Shown here: one piece after another, positions 12,849 to 23,643 of the stretch
How the letters are laid out: every line of letters starts with the position of its first letter
Numbering within the stretch: position 1 is the first letter of the stretch
Origin: Podarcis pityusensis
Lineage: Eukaryota
Assembly: GCA_964106645.2 (NCBI GenBank)
Contig: OZ067050.1
Direction: 5' to 3' (one strand)
Length of the DNA stretch: 64,000 bases
Translations under genes and position numbers: made by a program
Notes under the pieces: model-generated
Database searches by the model: none
Told to the model about the DNA's origin: nothing
Seen by the model: the letters and a program-made list of their open reading frames with translations, nothing else

Positions 12849-14882
12849 TACATCCAACTCCCAAAATTTCTGGGTTGAAGTGTCAAGTGTTCTGCTGCCC
12901 TCTGCCTGGGAAGCAAACCCTTTTCATGCATTATTTTGGCCAAGGCAAAAATGTGGGGCCAATCACCCCACAAGTGACATCCCTATCCAAATAGGGACAG
13001 ATTGCTCCCAGTATTCAAGAAGATACTGTCCAACATCTAACCCCACTGTGTTTACAGATACGGGGATAATTCCCATGACTGGCTGATTACTAAAGGCGCT
13101 TCCAGACTGTCGCTATTTTTGGATGAGATTCAATCACATACCATAAATTCAGGACAGGAGAGGGTTGTGAAATACCAAACACAAGTCTAACATGCAGCAA
13201 CCATTGCAAGGAAGCATATACTATGCTAAAACATGGAAAGAGAGCACTACTACGAATAGGATTAATCAGGAAAACCTGGGAGCAATTGGAGAAAATAAAA
13301 TTAACCATTGCGATGCACCTCTATAAAATTATCAGAGAAGAAATGTTGAAACAGGTGCCTGCAGTAAATTGCATTGAAAAATAACTGGGCATAATAGACA
13401 CAGGGTTAAATCAAATACTGTCATTAAGAGTTTGCGTGTGGCAGGGCAAAGAAGATGGGTTTTTTAGAAGTGGTTTATGCATATTTATACATGCGCCTAT
13501 GGTGGGAAGGTTTTGTAGCTGTGTTTTGTCACATCGATAAAAGTTAAATAAATTTAAAAAATCAGGTTGATTTGGAGGCCTTGCATAACAAACCTGCTTC
13601 CCTCCCCGCCAAATTTGACTTTTAGTGGTAAAGAAATTGTTGGGGAAATGGACTGGAAATTGTGGGGGGAATTTGCTCCCAGCCTCTCTCCCAATAAATC
13701 AGAAGGAATTCTCAACAAACAGCCGGTGCGATCTAGTCTCTGTGCAAACAGCTCAGGATAAACACTCAATAAACAGACTGTCTGGAACAGGTTGAATCAT
13801 CATAACTGTGAACTTACTCATCACCTTAAGCCAGCTGTCTTCCGCCTTTGCACCTCTTACCTCAACCAGCAAAATTGGTACTCCACTTTTTAAAAAAGTA
13901 TTTATTTCCATTTTAACTGTTTTTTTCTTCTCTCCCATTCCTTCTCTGCCCACCCCCAAGTGGTGCAGTTGGTGCAACCCATCATAGAATCATAGAATCA
14001 TAGAATCATAGAATCATAGAGCTGGAAGAGACCACAAGGGCCATCGAGTCCAACCCCCTGCCAAGCAGGAAACACCATCAGAGCACTCCTGACGTATGGT
14101 TGTCAAGCCTCTGCTTAAAGACCTCCAAAGAAGGAGACTCCACCACACTCCTTGGCAGCAAATTCCATTGTTGAACAGCTCTTACTGTCAGGAAGTTCTT
14201 CCTAATGTTTAGGTGGAATCTTCTTTCTTGTAGTTTGGGTCCATTGCTCCGTGTCCGCTTCTCTGGAGCAGCAGAAAACAACCTTTCTCCCTCCTCTATG
14301 TGACATCCTTTTATATATTTGAACATGGCTATCATATCACCCCTTAACCTCCTCTTCTCCAGGCTAAACATGCCCAGCTCCCTTAGCCGTTCCTCATAAG
14401 GCATCGTTTCCAGGCCTTTGACCATTTTGGTTGCCCTACTCTGGACACGTTCCAGTTTGTCAGTGTCCTTCTTGAACTGTGGTGCCCAGAACTGGACACA
14501 GTACTCCAGGTGAGGTCTGACCAGAGCAGAATACAGTGGCACTATTACTTCCCTTGATCTAGATGCTATACTCCTATTGATGCAGCCCAGAATTGCATTG
14601 GCTTTTTTAGCTGCCTTTCTAGGTGCTCACAGACTGTTTGCTTAATGATCTGCTCCAGAATCTTCCCTGGTATTGATGTCAGACTGACGGGGCGGTAATT
14701 ATTTGGGTCCTCTCTTTTCCCCTTTTTGAGAATAGGGACAACATTTGCCCTCCTCCAGTCTGCCGGGACTTCGCCTGTTCTCCAGAAATTCTCAAAGATG
14801 ACTGCCAGTGGTTCTGAGATCACATCTGCCAGTTCTTTTAATACTCTTGGATGCAGTTCATCTGGCCCTGGAGACTTGAATA

Positions 14883-15847
14883 CAGTGGTACCCCGCAAGA
14901 CGAACGCCTCGCAAGACGGAAAACCCGCTAGACGAAAGGGTTTTCCGTTTTGGAGGCGCTTCGCAAAACGAATTTCCCTATGGGCTTGCTTCGCAAGACG
15001 ACAGCCCATAGGGAAATCTCCGGGACAGTGGGGAAGCGCAGCGCGTCTTCCCCACTGTCCTCGGACCTCCTCCCGCCGGCCGGCTTCGGAACGAATCTCC
15101 GATGCCGGGCGGGGGGGGGAACGCCTCCTCCCGCCGCCCGGCATCGGAATGAATCTCCGATGCCGGGGGGGGGGGGAACGCCTCCTCCCGCCGCCCGGCA
15201 TCGGAACGAAGCTCCGATGCCGGGCGGGGGGGGGAACGCCTCCTCCCGCCGCCCGGCATCGGAACGAAGCTCCGATGCCGGGCGGGGGGGGAACGCCTCC
15301 TCCCGCCGCCCGGCATCGGAACGAAGCTCCGATGCCGGGCGGGGGGGGGAACGCCTCCTCCCGCCGCCCGGCATCGGAACGAAGCTCCGATGCCGGGCGG
15401 GGGGGGGGACGCCTCCTCCCGCCGCCCGGCATCGGAACGAAGCTCCGATGCCGGGCGGGGGGGCAGGGACACCTTCTCCCGCCGCCCAGCTTCGGATGGC
15501 TTTCCTGAAGACTTGGGGTGGGAGGAGGGTTTTCCTTCCCACTGCCAACATTCAGAATGCTGTTCTGAATGTTGGCGGTGGGGAGGAAAAACCCTCCTCC
15601 CACGCAAGCCCCGGGAACAGAGGGAAAGCGCTGCGCGCCTTCCCCTCTGTTCCCGTACCTGTCCTGAAGGCTTGCGGTGGGGAGAAAAGCCCTTCTCCGC
15701 ACCGCCAGCCTGGCAAGCGGTTTCCCTAGGAACGCATTAATTGATTTTCAATGCATTCCTATGGGAAACCGTGCTTCGCAAGACGAAAAACTCGCAAGAA
15801 GAAAAAACTTGCGGAACGAATTAATTTCGTCTTGCGAGGCACCACTG
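14883..15847. mobile_element. pogo-like non-autonomous element with an internal palindromic 58-bp minisatellite
   Basis: TIR CAGTGGTACCCCGCAAGACGAA / TTCGTCTTGCGAGGCACCACTG, TA TSD, subterminal CGCAAGACGAA repeats; removing it restores the CR1 frame LASLDVFKSP. Confidence 0.9.
15075..15495. repeat. Tandem array of ~7 x 58-bp self-complementary GC-rich units
   Basis: Unit CCGCCCGGCATCGGA-ACGAAGC-TCCGATGCCGGGCGG-G(n)-AACGCCTCCTCCCG. Confidence 0.9.
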
Positions 15848-16403
15848 TACATCTAAACTAGCCAAGTATTCTTGTACTATCTCCTTAGTTATTCTGGGCT
15901 GTGTTTCCTTTGCTGAATCATTTGCTCCAAATTCTTCAGGTCGCGCATTGTTTTCTTTATCGGAGAAGACTGAGGCAAAGAAGGCATTGAAGAGTTCAGC
16001 CCTTTCTGTGTCCCCTGTTTGCATTTCACCATCTTCTCCTCTGAGTGACCCCACTGTTTCTTTGTTCTTCCTTTTGCTACGAACATACCCATAAAAGCCT
16101 TTTTTGTTGCTTTTAACCTCTCTAGCAAGCCTGAGTTCATTCTGTGCTTTAGCTTTTCTGACTTTGTGTCTACACGTGCTGGCTATTTGTTTGAATTCCT
16201 CTTTGGTGGTTTCCCCCCTTTTCCATTTTTTGTACACATCCTTTTTTAATCTTAACTCAGTTAAAAGTTCTTTAGATAGCCACCCTGGCTTCTTTAGGCA
16301 CCTTCCATGTTTCCGTCTCATTGGTATTGCCTGACGTTGTGCTTTTACTATCTCCCTCTTAACAAACTCCCAGCCACTTAAAGATCAAGAAACCATCCTG
16401 TTA

Positions 16404-16635
16404 CAGTGGTACATACGCTTCAGGTTACATATGCTTCAGGTTACAGACTCCGCTAACCCAGAAATAGTACCTCAGGTTAAGAACTTTGCTTCAGGATGAG
16501 AACAGAAATCGTGCTCCGGCGGCACAGCATCAGCAGGAGGCCCCATTAGCTAAAGTGGTGCTTCAGGTTAAGAACAGTTGCAGGTTAAGAACAGACCTCC
16601 GGAACGAATTAAGTACTTAACCTGAGGTACCACTG
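16404..16635. mobile_element. pogo/Tigger-like MITE (~230-bp family)
   Basis: CAGTGGTAC...GTACCACTG, TA flanks; body in opposite orientation to the 12379 copy. Confidence 0.85.
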
Positions 16636-17149
16636 TATTCGTACCAGAGGATGAGTCAAAGCATCAAGTTTGCAAACTTTTCCCAACCTTGTTTGCCTGG
16701 AGTCAGCTCCTACCTGCCAGCGACGAGTGGCCACTCTCAAGCCTGGATGAGTCTTTGGTCAACCTGCCCATGGTCCCTAACCATTGGTCATGCTTTCCCA
16801 GGCTGATGAGTCCAAACATCAGGATGGTACTAGAATGGAGGAAAACTAGCCTTGATTATTCATGTGCTGACCTTCCAGATTTTGTTGAACTCCAGCTCCC
16901 ATTAGCCTCAGCTCAGGTGATCAGTGGTGATGGATGATGGGAGTTGTAGTCCATCAACATCTAAATGGCCACTGTATTTGAGGAGACTGGTTTTGTCTCT
17001 GGCCACTTCCTGCACTGCTAGATGTGTGTGCATGCATCTGTCTGTCTGTCCGTCTCTCTAATAGGATATATAATCTGTAGAAAGTGGGTTAAAAAAACCC
17101 CAAAAACTTATAAGGAAGCATCAACAAAAGAAAATCACCCCCCCCCCAA

Positions 17150-17372
17150 TGAGACTATCCATTCTGCCAGTTTAATGGTGAATTTTGGACGCAGTGAAGA
17201 GGTAAAAGATTTGGATTATTATAAAAGATACAGGAGGAAATGATTAACAATAGGACCCACAAAGGGGAGGAGGGAAGTCCAGGAGGTTCTTTGGAATCTT
17301 GTTTCTATGTTGTATATTGGATATGTGACTACAAATTTTTAATCTGAAAAACCAAATAATTATATATATATA
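17150..17372 (+). mobile_element. Possible L1/Tx1-like LINE 3' end fragment
   Basis: A-rich segment, GGAGGAGGGAAGTC, T-rich stretch and AAACCAAATAA(TA)n terminus resembling squamate L1 3' UTRs. Confidence 0.35.
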
Positions 17373-17454
17373 TGAGAGACTATCCCTTCTGCCGCCTCAG
17401 AACTCTGATCCCCTCATTCTGCTGGGGAAGCCCAGCCAGATGGGTGGGGTATAA

Positions 17455-17490
<36 letters not shown>

Positions 17491-18568
17491 TAGACCAAGG
17501 CTTAATATAGACTTAATAAGGTGGCAACAGAAAGTAAGACCCCACTGATCATTACAATGGGCCTCACTTCCGAATAAACACACACACACTCAGGGACTGG
17601 TGTGTAAGGGTTGCTATCCTCAAAGAACCATAGAACGGTAGAGTTGGAAGGGACACCCTGGGGGTCATCTAGTCCAACCCCCTGAGATGCAGGAATCTCA
17701 ACTAAAGCATCCGTGGCAGATGGCCAGCCAGCCTCTGCTTTCGAAACCTCCAAGGAAGGAGAAGAAACACGTGCATCAAATATGGGAAATCCTCTTCTTT
17801 TTCTTCTTTCTTTTTTGCTATTTTTTTTAAAGGACCATAATTTTAAATTGCATTTAAAAATCGGGAGAGGCAACCGCGAGAAGATTAAAGAGATGGAAAT
17901 TGCAGAAGAGGAGGAGAAAGCTCAGACGGGATAAACTCATGGGGAAGGAATGTGTGGGGCTGTGTATGTGTGTGCGCTGGGAGATGGAGCTAGCCAGCCG
18001 GAACAACAGAATGAATCACAGATTGAAAGGAGGAGAGTCGGCAGGGAGTTGGAGAGAACAAATGACTCTCCCTCCCTCTCTCTCACACACACAGAGGGAA
18101 CCCAGGAGATCGGGCTGGGAGTCCGCGTGTTCTGGTGTGGGACCCTCCCTGCCTAGCCTATCGCCCCTTTTTGGGTAGGGGGGGCTGGTCCACTTTCCCC
18201 TCCCAGGCTGTCTCAGGAGTGCTCATGGTCCCCTCTCACTCAAGCCAGTCCCCCCCCCCCGTGCCACTTGCTAGTCAAAATAATTAATTTCAGACATTCC
18301 AGAGGAACTTGAGCCAAAAAAGAAAGAAAAGGGAGCGAGGCTCCTTTGAAGAGGCGGATGAGTCAGGCAGTCCAGTTCCGGAGCGGAAGCAGGGTGGGGA
18401 GGTGGGCTTTTAATCCTGCAGTGCTCCTGTGGCCTTAACTGTTGCGCTGCAGGCAGAAATTCAACAGGTGAAGCTCCCCCCTCCTTACAGCTTGGTTCGG
18501 CCGTGCTTTTGCCAACAAGCAAGCCTGTGTGCGTCTCTCAACTTCACCGTGCCCCAGCCGGCAGCAAC

Positions 18569-18968
18569 AAGGTAAAGGTAAAAAGGTAAAGGACCCCTGG
18601 ACGGTTACCGTAAGTCCAGTCAAAGGCAACTCTGGGGTTGCGGCGCTCATCTCGCTTTTCAGGCCAAGGGAGCCGGCATTTGTCCGCAGACAGCTTTCCG
18701 GGTCATGTGGCCAGCATGACTAAATCGCTTCTGGCGCAACAGAACACCATGACGGAAGCCAGAGCGCACAGAAACGCTGTTTACCTTCCCGCCAGAGCGG
18801 TACCTATTTATCTACTTGCACTTTGACATGCTTTCGAACTGCTAGGTTGGCAGAAGCTGGGACAGAACAACAGGAGCTCACTCCGTCGCGGGGATTCGAA
18901 CTGCCAACCTTCCAATCAGCAACCCCAAGAGGCTTGGTGGTTTTAGACCACAGCGCCACCCGCATCCC
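18569..18968 (-). mobile_element. Sauria SINE
   Basis: Same body as 11830-12159; reverse-complemented ACCTTT tail at 18569-18592; flanking direct repeat AGCAACA(A). Confidence 0.88.
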
Positions 18969-21289
18969 TTTTTACCTTTACCTAGCAACAAAGACCTACT
19001 TTGCAGGGCTGTTGTGAGAATCTGCTTGATAATACGACAAGCAGTGCCTAAAGGAAAAAAACTAATAACAAGTGTTTCGTTGCTCTGATTTCATTTCTTG
19101 GAAGTTCAGAAAGTTACAAAGATGGCCCCTTTTATTTCCTGGCAGGGCACTTGAACCCTCAGGGAACTGCTTGAAAAAGGGAAATATTCAGCTAGTTAAG
19201 AGTTTCTTAGCTTTGTGTCTCCATGCCAGGAAGAAAATATGCACATTTTGTTTTGTGTTTTGCCTGCTGCACAAAGGCTGGAGGCATGGGAGTCCCAGCC
19301 GAAAAAGTGGTGGCAAGGATACTTTTCAGCAACTCCACTTTCACAAAAAAATAACCACACTTTTAAAAGCGCAGTTCTACTTCACAGGTAAAGAGGCAAA
19401 GGGAGAAGACACAGAAGGGATGGTCTCCTATTTTAAAAAAACACAGACTGCTACTCCCTGATGGCTTTTTCCCGTAAGAGCATTAGCACCAGGTTGCCAA
19501 CTTTTTTACTTCACCCTGCTCCTGTGCCGTATCATATTCACCTGCAGGTTAGCAGGTGACTGTTATGCAGCACAAAAAAAGCTTGATCTGCTTTTTTCCT
19601 GTATTGAAAAGCAAATCTAAATTCCAAGCCATAGGTCAGTTGGCAACCTTAACTGCTACAGTCGTGCTCCTTTTCTTTCACTGGTTCCCAAACTTTTGTC
19701 CCACACAGATTTTAAAATTGCTGAGGGTCACGACAGACCACTTATTTTTTTCTGCTTACTGTAGCAATTGTAACGTGCTGGATTATTTTTATTTGCATTT
19801 TTGCAAACATGCCACAGACCGCCTGGATGAAGCTAGGTTTGGGAATCCCTATACCACACACTGGTCAAAACCACCTGCAGGGGATGGGAGAGGTCAGGAT
19901 CCGGCCCACTGACCAGATTTTGTTTCATAACTCCCTCTCTGTGGCAGAGACTCTATTATTTCACAGGGGACCTCCGTTCAAAGCCAAAACACTCTGTGAT
20001 TCCCCTCTCCCTGTCCTCCAGCGACGTCACAAAACATGCTTCTCTGTGTGGTTTAAAATGAGGAAATGCACATAAATAGTGTGCATGAGGTTGGCATTTT
20101 TTTTCTTACAGACAACAGCTACAGATCAAGTCACATTTCCTTCCGGCAAGATGCCGGTATTGGTGCTTAAGAGGCAGAAATTCAACCCGTGAAATTATTT
20201 CCTTCACAACCTCTGAGAATGATTCTCCTGGGGCAAAGCAGCTCAAGGTGACAACCCACATGGTGCAGCCCAGATGACACCACATGTCGGACCCGAGTTC
20301 AGATTCTTGTTCCCTGACCAGCTCTAGATTTGAGGAGTCCCTGGGCAAAGCATCCTCTGGTGGTCCACCTCCTCTCTTGGTGGGGCCTAGCAGACTCATA
20401 CATTTAAAGCTAATTTAAGGCATATTTCCTCCACCTCTTCCCAAAGAATTCTGGGCAATGTAGTTAGCAACAGTTCCCAGCGCCCTTCATAAACTACAGT
20501 TCCCAGGATTCTTTGTGCTTTAACTTTATGGTGTGTTTCCACCTTGCAGGCTCCTTGTGAGGATAAAAGGGCCTTGAGTTTCTTAAAGGAATGACAGGAT
20601 AAAAATATTTCCAAATATTACCTGTTAACGTTCCAGTCTGGAGGGAATTGTTATCATTTCTACAGCAGAAGATGACTTAACTGTAAATCAACCCAGGTGA
20701 TGTAAATCAGCTTGGGGGTTGTGGTGGTGGTAAAGTCACCATAAGGTAGTTTCAAGTTCTTAAAAGGCTGCAATTCAGGTATTATGTCTATGAAGTAGCT
20801 AATATAACTAATATAGACACAGGCTCTGCCATCCAGGTTATATAGCAGCTCTGCAGTGTCTGCTGCCACCTTGTGGCATTTCTGTGCCTCTGCAGAAAAG
20901 TGTCACTGAGATCTGTGTTGGGTTTAATGCTGTATATACTGTCTTCTAGGCCAGGGAGGGATGGTTACTAGACTGCAAATTCCACCTGCCTGAAGAGAGG
21001 CTAAGGTGCTGCTTCAGCTTCTCACACTGCAAACCTGGGTGAGGCTTGGCCCCTCCCTGATGGGTAGATGAGGGAGACCAATCATCCCTGATCCACACTC
21101 ATTGAAGTCGCTATGTTTTTATAACTGGAAAACCACTGCCACTCAAATATTGTTAATTGATGTATCTAAGAAATGCTGTACAGCTTTCAAAAAACACATC
21201 CCCTTCCCCATTCCCCCACTATTTTCTCCCCCCCCCCCTTTTAGGTTTTATTTTCTTGTTGATACTTAAATTTCTATAGTATTATAATA

Positions 21290-21507
21290 CAATGGTACCT
21301 CGGGTTAAGTACTTAATTCGTTCCGGAGGTCTGTTCTTAACCTGAAACTGTTCTTAACCTGAAGCACCACTTTAGCTAATGGGGCCTCCTGCTGCCGCTG
21401 GAGCACAATTTCTGTTCTCATCCTGAAGCAAAGTTCTTAACCCGAGGTACTATTTCTGGGTTAGCAGAGTCTGTAACCTGAAATGTATGTAACCCGAGGT
21501 ACCACTG
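21290..21507. mobile_element. pogo/Tigger-like MITE (~230-bp family)
   Basis: CAATGGTACCTCGGGTT...AACCCGAGGTACCACTG, TA flanks. Confidence 0.85.
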
Positions 21508-21562
21508 TATCTCAATCAGAAATGTTTAATTGTTTCTGTATTATATAGGTAAGAATGTATAA

Positions 21563-21867
21563 GTGTTATGCGTTGTTATATATTGTTAAAAACTGAATAA
21601 TTATTTCTTTTTATTTTTTTAAAGGACCAAATATTGCCATATTTGCGGAGGAGTTGCTAAGTAGTAGAAAGGCTCTGGCTGTGAATGTTGATGTAAATGT
21701 ACATGTGTCAGTTTATATGTAGAGATGCAAATTCAAGCCAACTCCCATACTCAGAACTATGGTGTTATGCATTGTTATATATTGTTAAAAACTGAATAAT
21801 AATATATTTTTTTAAAGGACCAAATATTGCCATATTTGCGGAGGAGTTGCTAAAGTAGTAGAAAGGC
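21563..21867. repeat. Local ~110-bp direct duplication (21563-21673 and 21762-21867)
   Basis: GTGTTATG...TATTGTTAAAAACTGAATAA...AAAGGACCAAATATTGCCATATTTGCGGAGGAGTTGCTAA(A)GTAGTAGAAAGGC occurs twice. Confidence 0.85.
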
Positions 21868-23643
21868 AGGAACACAATCCATCCTGTAGATTTAAGTATC
21901 TCTCCATAATCGCCTACTTGTTACCAGAGGCCCAGAATCCACATTCCTTTGTAAGAAAATATGAAATAATGTAACACCAATTTTTGCAGGCAAAAAAATA
22001 ATAAAAAAAATCAATGTGGGGTGGGGGTGACAAGAAATTTTCCGCACCAGGTACCACCTGACCTTCCTACGCCTCTGAACCAGACCTAGAGACATTTCAC
22101 GGATGAAGACTGTGCTTGTTTTGTCTTTATAGATTTGGAGGAGAGGTGCCAGATGTTGGTGCCAGTTTTCAAATCCCTGTCTTTTGGCTCTCTGGAAAAG
22201 GACCTGCTCAGTAGTTAAGAAGGGCTTAAGTGCATTTCTGCATGCCTTGAAAAACTCCCAGCGGCTGGTTTTGTGCTGCCCCAAACTGCTGTTAAAAGCA
22301 CACGAACAGGCCAGACCACTTTGTTCTTCTTGATAAATTGGTAACCTTAGATTTGGCAAATTTCATTGCAAATTATTCCTTCTGTTTCCATAGTTCAGAG
22401 ACGAGTGCCATTATTTATGTTGCCTTTATTGCTATTTAAGTTGCATGCATCTTAAGACTCTTTATTTTCTAATATGTCACGGCAATAGATTTTGTTTTTA
22501 ACCCTAGGCAGCAAGGAGATGCCCATATCTTTATTTGTTGCAGGAGTTTTTAAAATGAATGTTGAAGCCTTTGATTACATTTCTGTTCTGATTTCTGGAA
22601 TCCAGCTTCGCTCTCTGAGCATCGAACAGGTAGGAGGAAATATTAGATCACAATAGAGGATCTGTTTGGTAGCCCAGGTGCCTACAAGCAGGTAAAATGA
22701 AACTCCCAGAGTAAGTTAACCTGGTGCCAAACCAATAGGAACCACTTTTCTCAAAGAGAAGGTTGTGTTTTCTGCAGGAATGACAGTTTCAAGAACTTGT
22801 AATGCCTACTTGGCATTAATGTAGCAGAGGCACAAGGAGGGGTCCACCCCACTTACGCTTGCCTGAACAAGGTAATTTGCTGGAGTTTTGCTGGAGAAAC
22901 AAGTATTGCTGTAAGTAGGCTCACCAAAGCGACAAATTGTAAGGCTGAAGCTACAGTATATATAATGCAGCATCTCTCAATATTTTTCGAGGGGAAAAAA
23001 TATGGGATAAATAAATATCTCTTTTTTAATGGCTATGGAAGCAAGGGTAACAGCGAAAGCCAATACAGCTCTACTCAAAAGTAAGCCCCATTAACATCAG
23101 TGGGACTTGCTCCCAGGTAAGGATTGCAGCCTAAAGACCCTAGAGTGCTTTTTTTAAAAAGTGGGTTTTAATACATTGTTGTTAACATGGTGTTTTATTC
23201 TTTAGCTTCAGGTGATTTTTTTCTTTGAAAACTCTGACATTTGCATCTAAAATAGAAGTTAAATACACCCAAGGCTGTATTCAGAGCTTAGTCATCCGAA
23301 AGCAGAGAATTTGATTCTAAAAGAATAGTGTGGCTTGAGAGCATTTAAAAAAAAACAAAAAAACACCTTGGAGGATTGTATTTGCTATTTTCAATACTAT
23401 TCTTGGAGCGAATGATTCCCTCCTTCAATGGCTTCCGCCTCGTCCCCTCCCCTAAAATAAAAAATCTGGATTTGACTTGCATAAATTCTATATTCCCTGC
23501 CACAGATTCTCACAGGCTACCATTGCCATGAGAAGAGGTGACAGCCGAGTCATTTTGCTATCTGGTTAAAAATTGATAAGCCTATGTGAGCTGTAACCTT
23601 GTCTCTTTTAAACCTCCAGACCTTCCCCTTTTCAGCTTCCAAG

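Larger units (their letters stand above)
13981..16377 (-). mobile_element. CR1 LINE, 5'-truncated, RT core deleted, interrupted by a MITE
   Basis: ORF2 segments KKPGWLSKELL..., LDVFKSPGPDELHPRVLKEL...NYRPVSLTSIPGKILE and [20 protein letters not shown]...[12 protein letters not shown]; (TTCTATGA)n tail at 13981-14020. Confidence 0.93.

Noticed and set aside
15075-15495. CRISPR-like appearance of regularly spaced palindromic repeats
   Set aside because: Spacers are identical rather than unique, the context is eukaryotic, and there are no cas genes.
14566-15740. Long overlapping ORFs (207-378 aa) in several frames
   Set aside because: They arise from the stop-free GC-rich minisatellite inside a MITE fused to CR1 sequence; not genes.
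21818-21860. HICGG resembling a trypsin-like protease motif
   Set aside because: Not followed by the SLI...WVLTAAHC pattern, and no other protease motifs are nearby.
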